64,000 nucleotides of DNA from Candidatus Bathyarchaeia archaeon (GCA_049512075.1 JBEKXL010000004.1:1-64000); one strand, 5' to 3'; positions 29,391 through 40,274 are shown, numbered from the stretch's first letter. Numbers and translations are program-made. Notes: a model not told the origin generated them from the sequence alone.

Positions 29391-30329
29391 CTAGCAAAGG
29401 TTCTGAGGATGGCCCTCCAAGAACCTAACGACATTGTCGATGCAAATGTCAGTGCATCTCTTGACGGCTTCAACAGTGTGGAATCCTACGTGAGGCGAGA
29501 GTACCGTGTTACCCAAGGCGAACAGATGGTTGTTTTTAGCGGGAGGCTCCTCTTCGAAAACATCGAGTCCTGCATATGATATTCTGCCCGATTTCAAAGC
29601 CTTTATCAAAGCTTTCTCATCGATTACCTTCCCCTGCGATGTGTTGACTATGACAGCACCGTTTTTCACAGCTTCGAACTCCTTTTCACCGAGAAGCCTC
29701 TCAGTCTCAGGTGTTAACGTGACGTGTAGCGTTATGAAGTCACTCTTCTTAAGCAGTGTGGAGAGGTCCACGTAATCCATTCCGAGCTCTTTGGCTCTCT
29801 TAACATTCGGGTACTTGTCGTAGCCTAAAACCTGCATTTCAAAAGCCTTGGATATCTCTGCGACTCGGCAGCCGATTGTGCCAGTGCCGATGACTCCAAG
29901 AGTTTTCCCACTAAGTTCGACGCCCCCAAACGGTCTCCAATCAAAACCCCCTCTTCTCACGTGTTTATCGGCCAAGAGCAGCTTTCTGGCCCCTGCCAAC
30001 ATCAAAGCGAAGGAGTGTTCAGCAACAGCTTCCGTGGCATAGCCCGGAATATGCGTGACAGTGATTCCCTTTTCTTTCGCTGCCCGAACGTCCGCGTAAT
30101 GACAGCTGGTTGCCCATATCGAAATCATCTTGAGCTTCTCAGCGGAGTTCATGACATCTCTGCTCAATTTGCTCCATCCAACTATTACGACGTCAGCACC
30201 TGTTATTCTTCGCTTCAGATCATCAACTGATCTAGGTGGCCGTTTGAAAATTTTAAGATTGCCGAGTGATCGTAACTTGTTAATGTGCTCTTCTTCGAGA
30301 TAAACGTGGTCCACGACAACTATATTCAT
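29391..30329 (-). CDS. D-isomer-specific 2-hydroxyacid dehydrogenase
   Basis: AVAEH, GVIGTGTIG, AGLDVFEEEP, SPHVG. Confidence 0.9.
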   Translation of the reverse strand: MNIVVVDHVYLEEEHINKLRSLGNLKIFKRPPRSVDDLKRRITGADVVIVGWSKLSRDVMNSAEKLKMISIWATSCHYADVRAAKEKGITVTHIPGYATEAVAEHSFALMLAGARKLLLADKHVRRGGFDWRPFGGVELSGKTLGVIGTGTIGCRVAEISKAFEMQVLGYDKYPNVKRAKELGMDYVDLSTLLKKSDFITLHVTLTPETERLLGEKEFEAVKNGAVIVNTSQGKVIDEKALIKALKSGRISYAGLDVFEEEPPAKNNHLFALGNTVLSPHVGFHTVEAVKRCTDICIDNVVRFLEGHPQNLC

Positions 30330-30480
30330 TTTTCATCATTTTGTAGCATGTGGGCGTTCACTTAAATTTTATGTTAATGAAGGTCTCCGGCCCGATGGGG
30401 GGGTCTCGCTGTGAATTTCTCGAGAATTTCTGACCGCTTCGTCATCTAGCCTCACGCAAGAAAACAGGGAATGACGAGTC

Positions 30481-31176
30481 TCAGCGTGCTCTTGACTGTA
30501 CTCTGGGTTCAAGCAGCGTCCAGAGCCAATCGACGAATTCCTTAAGGTTCTTTGTCTGTATATAGATGTCCCCTGGTCCTGTGATGTTTGTTACCAGTCC
30601 CTCTCCACCCAGTAAGGTTTCTTTCAGTCCGCCGAATTTTGTGACTTTGTAGCTGCATGTGCTGCTGAAGGCCACGAGGTGGAAGTTGTCGACTATCATT
30701 GACTGTCCAGCTTTAAGCGTGTGTTTGTCGATGGCTCCGAAAGTGTTTATGAAGAGATTTCCAGTGCCTGTGACTCTTATCATGAAGAGACCTTGACCGA
30801 ACAGTCCCTTCGTGAAGCCTTCCCACTGAACGTCCAAGTCCACGCTTTGCGTCGAAGCTACGTAGGCGGCTTTCTGCATCACGTAGCCTTGGTCAGGTTT
30901 GATATCAAGCATCTCAATATCGCCTACTGGGGCAGAAACGAGTCCCAATTCTCCAGGTCCCTGCGTCGCTGTGTAATCGTTGACCCAGAAAGACTGTCTT
31001 CCAACGAGCGCCAGACCTAAGCTGCCGAGAAGGCTTTTCTCTCTCTTGCGGGTATGCACTTCTATGCCCGGGTCCATGTAAGTCATCGCACCGGCCTCAG
31101 CTGTTATCGTCTCGCCCTGTTCCAAGCTCACGACAAGCATTGAATAAGAGGGTTTATACTTTATCTCATACCGCAA
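30481..31176 (-). CDS. TIGR00266 / AIM24-family protein
   Basis: AEAGAM, VDNFHLVAF, GGEGLV....GPG. Confidence 0.88.
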   Translation of the reverse strand: MRYEIKYKPSYSMLVVSLEQGETITAEAGAMTYMDPGIEVHTRKREKSLLGSLGLALVGRQSFWVNDYTATQGPGELGLVSAPVGDIEMLDIKPDQGYVMQKAAYVASTQSVDLDVQWEGFTKGLFGQGLFMIRVTGTGNLFINTFGAIDKHTLKAGQSMIVDNFHLVAFSSTCSYKVTKFGGLKETLLGGEGLVTNITGPGDIYIQTKNLKEFVDWLWTLLEPRVQSRAR

Positions 31177-31440
31177 TTGAAGTCCTCCACTCTCAACAAT
31201 GCATCAACTCTGCTTATAGTTTGCGCAAGAACCTCGATTACACAACTAGCGCGCGCGACGAGGATCAGGACCGAAGGCATTCGGGGCTCAATCATGGTAG
31301 AAAAGTCAGTTTTTCGAAATCTGGGCAATTCTTGCGTTAATAGAGAAGATGCTTTTGAAATGGTGGGATTCATTTTCACAACACTTTTATATGTGTTGGC
31401 TCGTGGTATTGTGTAATTAAGTCTGGATTAGGGTGCTTTA

Positions 31441-31680
31441 ATGGAGCCTAGCAAGAAGCCGTTGAACGTTCTTGTCAAGCAGTTGAACGCAGGAATTGCC
31501 GTGGTGCTGAAAAATGGCGGCGAATACAAGGGCAAGATGATTAAGTGCGATGGCCACATGAACATTCTTTTGGAAGGAGCCACAGAGTCTAAGGATGACC
31601 AGCTGATAACGAACTATGGGAATGTTTTGCTGCGGGGAAACAACGTCCTCTACATCATGCTGGATGTGCCTGTAAGGTAG
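31441..31680 (+). CDS. Sm-like (LSm) protein
   Basis: LKNG.EY.G....D.HMNI.L and LLRGNNV Sm motifs. Confidence 0.9.
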   Translation: MEPSKKPLNVLVKQLNAGIAVVLKNGGEYKGKMIKCDGHMNILLEGATESKDDQLITNYGNVLLRGNNVLYIMLDVPVR

Positions 31681-32575
31681 CGGTCCTTCTGGTTCCAGTG
31701 ACGTATTCTATTGTTTCTTTAAGGTTAGCATTGAGCTTGTGCTTGCGCTTGAAGTATTGCAGAATGTTTTGAACGTCGCGTGTTAGCAGCTCTTCGGCGT
31801 TTGGATGTTCCTTGGTGACGTATTGGGGCCAGTCAATTATCAGTATGTGTCTATCGGGTTTCAAGATGATGTTGTATTCGCTCAGATCGGCGTGGATGAC
31901 GCCTGCCTTCAGGTAGGCTTTGCGTGCGTTGCGGAGAATCTCTCCCAGGATTTTGTCCGGTCTGGATATTTCCTTGTATTCTGCGAGTTCTGCGCCTTCA
32001 ATCATCCCCATGGCTACGACGTGGCGGTTTTGGCTTATCGGTTCAGGAACGGCTATGTGGTACGGGAAAAGGAATTGCAGGGCCTGGTATTCCCTTTCTG
32101 CCGCAAGCCTAGACTGATAAAGCCAACTTGCACTGCGTTGTGTCGAATAGCTTCTTCTTCTGATGATTTGGCGAAAGCTGATTCTGCCTAAGCGATGAAA
32201 TTTCACTGCTATGCGCTCGCCATGGGGGTTTAGCGCGTCGTAAACGTCAGCTTCCTTGCCCACGCCCAGCGATTTGCCGAAAGCCTCAAGCACGTTGGCT
32301 TTGACCAAACCGTTTATCGCGAGGCAATCATAACCAGCGTAGTTAAGAGTGTAGCCTGTGTAGGCCCCCCGCATTCGGTAGATTAGCCCTAGTCTGCTGA
32401 GGCGGTTTATCCGAAAGTCCGTGTCCCGTGCCAAGTCCAGCTTGGTGAATCTCGCTATTTGTTCTTTGGGAACGAATTCATGCTCGCTCATGGCCGTTTC
32501 TATAGCTTGGAGGACTCTGAAGTCCTCGTTCTTCAATTCGCGAAACACGCTGACTGCAACATCGGCTGACGACAT
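31655..32575 (-). CDS. rio2: RIO2 kinase
   Basis: N-terminal wHTH, GVGKEADV, KFHRLGR.SF, IHADLSEYNI, IDWPQ. Confidence 0.93.
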   Translation of the reverse strand: MSSADVAVSVFRELKNEDFRVLQAIETAMSEHEFVPKEQIARFTKLDLARDTDFRINRLSRLGLIYRMRGAYTGYTLNYAGYDCLAINGLVKANVLEAFGKSLGVGKEADVYDALNPHGERIAVKFHRLGRISFRQIIRRRSYSTQRSASWLYQSRLAAEREYQALQFLFPYHIAVPEPISQNRHVVAMGMIEGAELAEYKEISRPDKILGEILRNARKAYLKAGVIHADLSEYNIILKPDRHILIIDWPQYVTKEHPNAEELLTRDVQNILQYFKRKHKLNANLKETIEYVTGTRRTATLQAHPA

Positions 32576-32642
32576 ACATTCTACAGATAGCGCACTTCAT
32601 ATTAAAAGCCAGAACGCTGTTACCCGCGTGCAGTTCCTTTTT

Positions 32643-33632
32643 TTACGTGATTCTCAGCTTTTCCACTTCTTCCTTGCTCAGTCTGACCACCTTCGTCGCC
32701 TTGTTTAAGCTGTTCTTTCCAAATCTTACTAAAACTTCAGAGCTTTTTTCGTCCGAATAGTAGGCTGTTAGGCTTGCTGCTTTCTCGATAGCTTCTTTCG
32801 TTTTTGTTCCCTGAAGAATCGTGATTGGGCTGCCGCAGTTCGGAACTTCAAAGTAGTAGTCGCTCGGCGATTTCATTTGGACAAGAGCCTTGTTTTCAGA
32901 TTCGTTTCTGCCTACGATTATCTTGTTGTCCGTGAATCGGAAATGTCTGCCCAGTTTCAGCAGGGCTATGTCCTTCAGAGTGACTCGTTTCTTGTACTTG
33001 AATAGATCTCTCACCTTGTCTGCATATTCCTTGTAGGTGAGCAAGCAACCTCCTGCAGGGCAAGGGTAATCTGCTATACTGAACACTTTGGCGAGTTCAA
33101 TCTGCTTCTTTCTCGACCTACCATGAACATCCAAGAGCTTCTGGCGGTCTACGAGTCCTCTTTTTTCAATGGACGTTTCTGGAAGCAGTCTCGCTGACAA
33201 AGGCCTCAACACCCTGTTTTTCAGCCCTGCTTCCTCTTCTATCATTTTCAAGGCCTTGAAGTGTTGGCTCATCGGTCTCTCGTCCAGCACTTCGCCCGTG
33301 AAGATGAACGAGGCTCCAGTTTCTCGTGCGTATTTTTTTGCTTTTTTTAGCATGAAGATTCTACAATCGATGCAGGGATTCATGTTCTTTCCGTAACCAT
33401 GTCTCGGTTTTCTAACCACTCTCAGGTAGTCCTCGCCTACACTGACGACTTTCAAGGGTATGCGAAATCTCTCTGCCACTGCTGAAGCTCCACATCCACC
33501 TTTACCGCAAAGGCAGAAGGGAGACACGAAGTTTATTGCCTCAACGCTTATGCCTTGCTCAAGAAGTAGCTTCACCGCTAACGTGCTGTCCAAACCACCT
33601 GACAAAAGTGCAAGAGCTATACCTTTTTTCAT
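32643..33632 (-). CDS. ThiI/MnmA-like PP-loop tRNA thiolation protein (DUF814-type)
   Basis: SGGLDS, NPCIDC, GEVL..RPMSQ, PAGGCLLT, GRHFR. Confidence 0.8.
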   Translation of the reverse strand: MKKGIALALLSGGLDSTLAVKLLLEQGISVEAINFVSPFCLCGKGGCGASAVAERFRIPLKVVSVGEDYLRVVRKPRHGYGKNMNPCIDCRIFMLKKAKKYARETGASFIFTGEVLDERPMSQHFKALKMIEEEAGLKNRVLRPLSARLLPETSIEKRGLVDRQKLLDVHGRSRKKQIELAKVFSIADYPCPAGGCLLTYKEYADKVRDLFKYKKRVTLKDIALLKLGRHFRFTDNKIIVGRNESENKALVQMKSPSDYYFEVPNCGSPITILQGTKTKEAIEKAASLTAYYSDEKSSEVLVRFGKNSLNKATKVVRLSKEEVEKLRIT

Positions 33633-33706
33633 TTCAATGCTTAACAATTTCAGGCCTTTATTTAAACACCTACGGCAGGTAGAGTCATTCGGCGCGCGCG
33701 CTAACT

Positions 33707-33850
33707 CTGCCTACAGTCCCTGACTCATACATTGAAAATTACTTCTGACATTACAAACAAAAGGGCTGAGTCCACTCTGAACGGTAGTTCAGCCTGTTTT
33801 TCTTCATGGTTTGTAATAATACAGATTACATCTGACATTACAAGTGAAAA
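33707..33850 (+). repeat. Dispersed intergenic repeat, copy B
   Basis: Homologous to 6700-6845; flanked by GCGC runs at 33692 and 33910. Confidence 0.9.
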
Positions 33851-33980
33851 AAGGAAGCGACTTTGAAGAGCTATGATTCAAAAGGTGTTTCAGCATACTT
33901 GAACTAGCAGCGCGCGCGAGTAAAATCGAGTGCCGCTTGCAAGAGGATTTTCTGCAAGCTAATCGGACAAGATATTGTTT

Positions 33981-34901
33981 CTAAGGGATATGAATCTCCG
34001 TTGCTGTGGCCATTATCAAATAGAAACCTGCCAAACCCTTCCATGTCCCCCATTTCTCGGCGATTTTGCGTGCTTCTTCACTTGAAATTTTCCTATTTCC
34101 GCAATAATAGTGTGAGATTACTCTTCTGAGCCCCAGGTCATCTGCGGGGAACGCTTCCAGCCTCTGCATTCCTCTGACCATAGTCAGCTCGGCTGTCCAA
34201 ATGCCGATGCCCCTTATCCTATCAAGCTCTGCGATGATATCCTTTGCATCTTCGTAATCTTTGAGCTTCTCGAGGCTTAGTTTCCCATCAATTATCATCT
34301 TAGAGACGTCTTTGATGTACTCTGCTTTTTTCTGACTCAACCCACAACTGCGGAGTGTGTGAACGCTTGCAGAAGCGAGCTCTCGCGGGGTCGGAAAAGC
34401 GTGATAGGCTTCTTTGTCCAAGCTGAGCACTTCACCGAAGGATTTGATCAGTCTCTCCTCCATCATATTTGCTATGCTTAGGGAGATCTGCTGTTCAACG
34501 ATCGAGTCGATTAATGCCTCAAAAACTGTTGGGGTTGTCGGGCTTTTCAGGCCTCTCAGTCTGTGAGTCAAATCTGCCATTACGCTGTCCTCTTTAACTT
34601 GCTCGTAGAAGGGTTTGAGATCAAAGTCGAGGTTGAAAAGGGTGCGGATGACTTCTTCAGCCTTCTCTCTGTCACTGTTGGATATTTTTTGATTAGATTC
34701 CAGTTTGATTGGAAGTCTCGGCTGTTCAACCGTTCCCGTAGTTGTAATGCACGCGAGTAGGAGCTTGTCGTTAACTCTTATTACTTGCCAGAACTTTCCG
34801 TTTTCGTATTTTCGAATATGTGAGTCTCCGTCTGAAAAAATCATGGCACTCAGTCTGAAGTCGAAGGGCGGAAGTGGGTTGACTGTTGCGGTTGTGAACA
34901 A
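33981..34901 (-). CDS. alkA: AlkA-like DNA-3-methyladenine glycosylase (HhH-GPD)
   Basis: FEAL..SI.EQQIS, FPTP, IRGIG.WTA, FPADDLG. Confidence 0.88.
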   Translation of the reverse strand: MFTTATVNPLPPFDFRLSAMIFSDGDSHIRKYENGKFWQVIRVNDKLLLACITTTGTVEQPRLPIKLESNQKISNSDREKAEEVIRTLFNLDFDLKPFYEQVKEDSVMADLTHRLRGLKSPTTPTVFEALIDSIVEQQISLSIANMMEERLIKSFGEVLSLDKEAYHAFPTPRELASASVHTLRSCGLSQKKAEYIKDVSKMIIDGKLSLEKLKDYEDAKDIIAELDRIRGIGIWTAELTMVRGMQRLEAFPADDLGLRRVISHYYCGNRKISSEEARKIAEKWGTWKGLAGFYLIMATATEIHIP

Positions 34902-35138
34902 ATCTTTCCCCTTTTCCGTTCTTTGACTCTTTATACGGTGAGGCTAAAAACGCTTTTCATCGTTGTAACAAGAATGTCCGTGCGAAACTGTGCTTTGCCT
35001 ATTTGAAGGCTATGGTGGCGCTCTAAAGGGCAGCTGCAAAATGAGAATTGAAAGGGAGGCTTCCAAGGGCATGCGCTCTTACATAGAGGATTTTTAAATG
35101 CGAAGGCATGCATAGAGAACGGTGAAGGAGTTGTAACT

Positions 35139-35813
35139 GTGCGAATTGTGCTGAGAGTAGGTGGTTCGGTTGTGGCCTCGCCAGTCAATCCTGAACTGAT
35201 TGGCGAATATGCAGACATGATGAAGGCTATGAGAACGCAAGGTCATCAGGTTGTGGTCGTGGTTGGTGGCGGCGCCTTAGCAAGAGAATTCATAGGTGTT
35301 GCGAGAAGCTTGGGGCTCAGCCAGAAGGATCAAGATGGAATTGCAATATCAGTTTCGAGGATTTTCGCTCAGTTGCTCCTGAAGAGGATTGGGAATTCGG
35401 GTTGCGAGGATGTCTCGCTAAGCGTCGAAGAAGCAGTCCGCTGCACGAGCAAGGGTAAGGTTGCGGTCATGGGCGGTTTGAAGCCGGGAATGACGACGGA
35501 TGCCGTAGCGGCCATGGTAGCTGAAGCGTTGAAAGCAGATTTGCTCGTGAAAGCCACTGATCAGGAAGGCATTTTCGACAAAGACCCTAAAAAACATACA
35601 GACGCGGTGAAGCTTGACCACCTGAGATTTGAGGACTTGACTCGTGTTTGCGTGGAAGATAGGCACAAAGCCGGTATCCATCAAGTCATAGATCCTGAAG
35701 GCATCAAAATCCTGCAGCGCACGAGGGTAAAAGTTGTCGTCGTAAACGGGTTCAATCCCAAAAATGTGCTAACAGCGGTTGAGGGCAAACGTGTCGGAAC
35801 GTTAGTGGACTGA
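35139..35813 (+). CDS. pyrH: UMP kinase
   Basis: GGS, VGGG..AR, PG.TTDAVA, D..G..DKDP. Confidence 0.93.
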   Translation: MRIVLRVGGSVVASPVNPELIGEYADMMKAMRTQGHQVVVVVGGGALAREFIGVARSLGLSQKDQDGIAISVSRIFAQLLLKRIGNSGCEDVSLSVEEAVRCTSKGKVAVMGGLKPGMTTDAVAAMVAEALKADLLVKATDQEGIFDKDPKKHTDAVKLDHLRFEDLTRVCVEDRHKAGIHQVIDPEGIKILQRTRVKVVVVNGFNPKNVLTAVEGKRVGTLVD

Positions 35814-35893
35814 ACTTGATTTTTTTCGGTTTTGATGTTCTGGAGCATAAATGACGCGGTCGAAATCAACGGGTCAACGCAACAACACTTCCG

Positions 35894-36389
35894 GTGGTAA
35901 ATGAGACTTACACTGGCCATGTTGCTGGTGTTCTCAAAGAAATAGGAGGCTTCGGCGTCGGCGCCGTCGTAATCTGTTCTGGCAACATCTTGCTTGAAAA
36001 AAGAAAGAACGAGCCGGGAAAGGGAAAATGGAGTATCTCCGGCGGCATTGTAGAGTTGGGTGAGGAGGCAGAGCAGACGGCGGTAAGGGAAGTTAGGGAA
36101 GAAACAAACCTCACAGTCGAGAAGCCAGAACTCATAGACGTCGTGGACAACGTGGAACTGGACGAAAATGGAAAGGTCAAGTACCCATTTTGTTATAATC
36201 GACTATCTTGTGCGACTCAAAGGTGGAAGGCTCAAGGCTTCGAGTGATGCTGCGGAACTAAGATGGGTCAGACTGGACAATGTGGAAAACTATGCTCTGA
36301 CTAGGACTTTTCGGGAATTTTTTACTAAAAACTACGAAAGACTAAAGAATTTTGATTCGTGCAAGCGCCAATCAAACCACAAGAACTAG
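35894..36389 (+). pseudogene. Frameshifted Nudix hydrolase
   Basis: Nudix box GG.VE.GE....A.RE..EET; removing one C from CCC at 36184-36186 restores KYHFVIIDY..SSDA..LRW. Confidence 0.78.
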
Positions 36390-36459
36390 GCCGGCTGCAT
36401 TCATGCCTCCGGATGGCACGCGAGTTCCAGAGTGTTGGCAGGTGTTTCCCTTTGTTCGT

Positions 36460-37926
36460 TTATTGATTGGTGGCGGATGTGAAGAAGAGTCTTGTTTCTC
36501 CCATTGTTTTCACGTCCAGAGCCTTGACTCTTGCGACTATTGGAAAGTCCCTCACAGCTCTCCCGAGTGCTAGGCAGTAGTGAGGTGGAAGGTCTCGGGC
36601 GATGGACCTTACTGTCTCAGCGTCCACGCGGGCGGCTCGGGAAACTACGTCCAGATCGTGTTCGTTTGTGAAGTTGAAGAGGAAAATGTTGTCGGCTTGG
36701 CGGTAGATGTTCTCGCGTATGGTGTCGGGCTGGTTGGTTATGAACGTGGTGAAGATTCCGAAGTGACGCATGCGCGTTACGATGTCGTCCCAGTAGGTTT
36801 CACGAAGGTAGAGGTGTGCTTCTTCGGCGAAGAGGAATACAGCCTTGAGTTTCGAGCTGCTCAAAGATTCAACGAGTTTTCCTAGAACGTATTCAACCAC
36901 TATCTGTCGATCAATAGATGAGGTATTTCGGAGGTTCATTATTATGGCGCCGCCGTGGTCTCTGGTCTTAAGCAGGTACTCTTCGAGTGATGTGGCTTCG
37001 GCGATATTGTCCGTGAAAATTCCTGAGTTGACTAGAGCATGGTAGCGTGAGAACAGTGCGTCTCGGACGTGTTGGTTGCAGTTCCAGCTTCGGATTGTTT
37101 CGCCCAACTCATGGAGTGTAAGGTTGTCCCTCTCTTTGAGCGCTATCCATATCCCTCTGAACTCGCGGGCGGACGTTCCTGGCAAGTGAAGTGCGTGTAT
37201 GAGAATCCCGAGCATCACGTGGAGGTTCAACTCTTTGAGGGCCAGTTTGAAGTTTTGGGAAGGCGTCAGGACGTGAATCTTGTCGTAGTTTGCGTTTCTC
37301 TTTCCGTCGCCTGTTAATCCGAGGCTCAGATATTCGCCGTTGAGGTCGAAGACCACTATCGTTGCTTTGTATCCGACCAGGTTTACCATTAGAAGCTTCG
37401 ACAAGTGGGACTTGCCTGTTTCCTTCTTTCCAGTTATTATGTTCAATCTTCCGTCAAGCGACGTGGCGTCAATCGTTAGCAGCGATGAGTCTTTTGTTCC
37501 ACCTATCACTATTGGGAGTTTGCCGTCAATCTTGGCGAGTTTCAGCAGAGTTGGAAGTGGAAGCTTTTTTATCGTCGACTGGGAACGTGAGGGAAGCCAT
37601 GAGCTGCTCGGGTTTAAACCGTCATTCTCGGCTGTTGCACGGATTTTGCAGATGAGTAAACTGGCGTCCTGAATATACGAGATATGTGGGGCAATCTCCA
37701 AGGGGTCAACGTCTTCACCTTTGATTAATTCTTCCCCGTCTGGGAGGCTTCGAAGCAGTTCTTCAAGCACGCCGGGAATGCTGGCAAACTGCACGTCGAT
37801 GACCTGCACGATGAGTGCTCTTCCAGCATCGGCATCCTCGACGAGCAGATAGTCGCCCTTCTCAACTGTCTCACCGGGGAAGCTTAAAATCTGAAGGACG
37901 TTGCCTTCTTTCCTGTAGAGTTTCAT
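36460..37926 (-). CDS. HerA/FtsK-like ATPase
   Basis: Variant Walker A GKKETGKS, FD.NGEY, Walker B FAEEAH, R.RH.G, TNQP. Confidence 0.85.
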   Translation of the reverse strand: MKLYRKEGNVLQILSFPGETVEKGDYLLVEDADAGRALIVQVIDVQFASIPGVLEELLRSLPDGEELIKGEDVDPLEIAPHISYIQDASLLICKIRATAENDGLNPSSSWLPSRSQSTIKKLPLPTLLKLAKIDGKLPIVIGGTKDSSLLTIDATSLDGRLNIITGKKETGKSHLSKLLMVNLVGYKATIVVFDLNGEYLSLGLTGDGKRNANYDKIHVLTPSQNFKLALKELNLHVMLGILIHALHLPGTSAREFRGIWIALKERDNLTLHELGETIRSWNCNQHVRDALFSRYHALVNSGIFTDNIAEATSLEEYLLKTRDHGGAIIMNLRNTSSIDRQIVVEYVLGKLVESLSSSKLKAVFLFAEEAHLYLRETYWDDIVTRMRHFGIFTTFITNQPDTIRENIYRQADNIFLFNFTNEHDLDVVSRAARVDAETVRSIARDLPPHYCLALGRAVRDFPIVARVKALDVKTMGETRLFFTSATNQ

Positions 37927-39008
37927 GAGTAGCCTTCTCCCTTGCCGAACAATCCAAACAGAAGCCTATGCATGTCTGGCCTGTTGATGATTTGAAGCCC
38001 AAATCTCCTCGTGACGAAATGCTGCATCGCTAGCACTTCATTGGCCGTGAACGTGCACAAAATGTGAGCCAGACGCAGAGTTTCGGGATAGCTTTCCGCA
38101 AACAGGTCGTTTCCTAGGAGTTTTTCAACGGCCTCGATCCGCGGCTCAGGCGGAACTTCTTTATCTATGTCCAGTCTGAAAGCAAGGTTCCCCTTGGTCA
38201 ACCTGGCCACATAAACGTCGCCGAGCAGGACCATTGGGGGCTTGAGCCTCAAGCCTTCTGTCTCAAGCAGAAAGGGAGGCTTATGCTCCGGCAGCAGGTC
38301 TGTTATGCGGTGTCCGTTCACCCTCAGGTTCGTCATTTTCGAAAAGGCTAGAACGACGTTGTCTCCCTTTCTTGCCGTGTCAAGTATTTCTCTCATGCGA
38401 TGCGTTGGAGTTTCAGCGGTTCCCGCTGTTAGTGAACCGTCGAAGAGTATTAGTCCGTTGTTCATGGTTTTCGCGGCCATCGTTTGAAGCCAACGTTCGA
38501 GGAGGCTCGCTATCCGTGTGGGCATCTGGAGAATGCTTGGTGCGCCTTGGTGGCTGTGCTCGTGTAGGGAATTGAAGTACGTTCTTTCCAGCGTTTCGTA
38601 GACTTGTTTCTTGTTTTCCTCGGTGACGTGGAATATGAATGGCCCGAATCGCATGTACCTGTAGCGTCTGTTTTGCTTCCAAACGTTTGCACCCCTGACG
38701 GCTATCACGATGCCCGTGCTTGTTTCGCCAATCTTTATGGTCGACGTGTCCACGGCCGCGACGATTTTTTCCTTGCGGGATGGATTTAGAGGCAATGGTT
38801 CAAGCTTAAGCCTTAGTGTTTCGTTGTGCATGTCTGCGCTGTTGAATTGTTGAACGCTTTGTTGATTTAGTTGAAATGCATGGTCGTGTGCGTGTTTGAG
38901 TGAGTGCAGGCTTAATTCGATGAACTGATGGGGTAATGTTGTGTCCATGGTGGATTGTGGAAAGTTATATTTTGGTGTTGTTGCAATAGGGTATTGTTCA
39001 ATCACCAA
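37923..39008 (-). CDS. NurA-like nuclease-fold protein
   Basis: AAVDTS, LFDGSL, SK, RLD and YPETLRLAH motifs; ATGA overlap with the HerA-like gene. Confidence 0.75.
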   Translation of the reverse strand: MVIEQYPIATTPKYNFPQSTMDTTLPHQFIELSLHSLKHAHDHAFQLNQQSVQQFNSADMHNETLRLKLEPLPLNPSRKEKIVAAVDTSTIKIGETSTGIVIAVRGANVWKQNRRYRYMRFGPFIFHVTEENKKQVYETLERTYFNSLHEHSHQGAPSILQMPTRIASLLERWLQTMAAKTMNNGLILFDGSLTAGTAETPTHRMREILDTARKGDNVVLAFSKMTNLRVNGHRITDLLPEHKPPFLLETEGLRLKPPMVLLGDVYVARLTKGNLAFRLDIDKEVPPEPRIEAVEKLLGNDLFAESYPETLRLAHILCTFTANEVLAMQHFVTRRFGLQIINRPDMHRLLFGLFGKGEGYS

Positions 39009-39098
39009 GATTCACCAATAGCCAATTGTTTAGGGAAGGTATATTTAAGTGTTGCGCATGAACAAGATGCGCAATACAATAAACAACAAGGTGAGAGG

Positions 39099-39500
39099 TT
39101 GGTAGACAAAGAAACAAAGCCGCCGATACGAGTAAAAATGAAGATAGGAGAAGTCGAATTCGAAATCGAATGCCAAGAAGACCAGCTGCAGTCGACGGTG
39201 GACAAAATCCTTTCAACAGTAACCGACAAACTAAAAGAAACATCATTGATGACGGAAAGGGCCGCACAGCCGCGTAGGGCAGAAACCTGCAAGGGCATAA
39301 TACAGAAGCTATGGGAGGAAGGCTGGTTCTCCACTGCAAAAGGCCTCAGCGAAGTCCATAGCGAACTGGCAAGACGTGGGTTCCACTACGACCGCACTGC
39401 CGTCGCCCATGCTCTCATAGACCTAGTCAAAGACGGAATACTGACAAGAGAAGGAAAACCACGCAGGTATCAATACGCCCAGAAAAGGCCGCCTCCATAA
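39099..39500 (+). CDS. Small wHTH protein with N-terminal beta-hairpin/helix module (paralog 1)
   Basis: AGGTGA RBS + TTG; IRVKMKIGEVEFEIE; C-terminal wHTH (AL..LV..GIL.R.G....Y.Y). Confidence 0.75.
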   Translation: MVDKETKPPIRVKMKIGEVEFEIECQEDQLQSTVDKILSTVTDKLKETSLMTERAAQPRRAETCKGIIQKLWEEGWFSTAKGLSEVHSELARRGFHYDRTAVAHALIDLVKDGILTREGKPRRYQYAQKRPPP

Positions 39501-39595
39501 CCTGCTTCATCCATCAAGTTTTCCCAACATGTCAGGCGAGGCTAGTTTCTGTCGCCTGTTCAGCATCCTGAAAGCAGATTGGAAACACGAAAGGC

Positions 39596-40168
39596 TTAGT
39601 AGTCCATTTTCACCCTGATTCTTGGAATAGTATCCTTCTGCATCTGCATAAGACCGAAGGTTGTGATCCTGTATTTTTCGTCGGGAGTCTTCGCGGCTGT
39701 CTGGTTCTTGACCAGTTCTCCCAGCCGGGTGCTTGCAATCTTTGCGTCTTTGCCGAGCTTGCCCTGCAGTTCCTCTTTCGAAAGCGCGTCTGTTTCAGCA
39801 TTGCCCAGCTGATGGGCAAGGTAACCTGCCAGAAGTAGCAGGCTTAAGGTCTCGTTGTCTGTCAGCTTATTCCTCGGAACAAGCAGGCATGGCCCTTCCT
39901 TCGCAAAAGTGATGATGCCTTCAGAGTCTTTGGCCAGCTTCTGCAGGTCAACGTTCAGCATCAGCTTCTGTGCAACCTCAAAAGACGGCAAGAACTCGTT
40001 GAAAAACCTGTTTAAACTCAACCAAACCGATTCAACGTTTCCAGAAAACTTCTTCTCAACACCCCTATACCTGACCTCCACGGTCAACTCGTCCTTATCT
40101 TCGCCTCTGCGACTCTGAGGAGGCTCGCTTGCGGAGGCGGCGCAGTCTTTACCCAACTTCCATTCCAC
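39596..40168 (-). CDS. wHTH protein (paralog 2)
   Basis: VEVRYRGVEKKFSG; TRLGELVK..YRITTFG. Confidence 0.7.
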   Translation of the reverse strand: MEWKLGKDCAASASEPPQSRRGEDKDELTVEVRYRGVEKKFSGNVESVWLSLNRFFNEFLPSFEVAQKLMLNVDLQKLAKDSEGIITFAKEGPCLLVPRNKLTDNETLSLLLLAGYLAHQLGNAETDALSKEELQGKLGKDAKIASTRLGELVKNQTAAKTPDEKYRITTFGLMQMQKDTIPRIRVKMDY

Positions 40169-40274
40169 CCTGCCAGCTCTGATTGTTGGCGATGGTTAAA
40201 AAGCGTTGTCAAACGCCGTGACGAGGCGATTCAAATCAAGAAAGCATGAACCACGATGCGTTTGCCGAGGCTTT

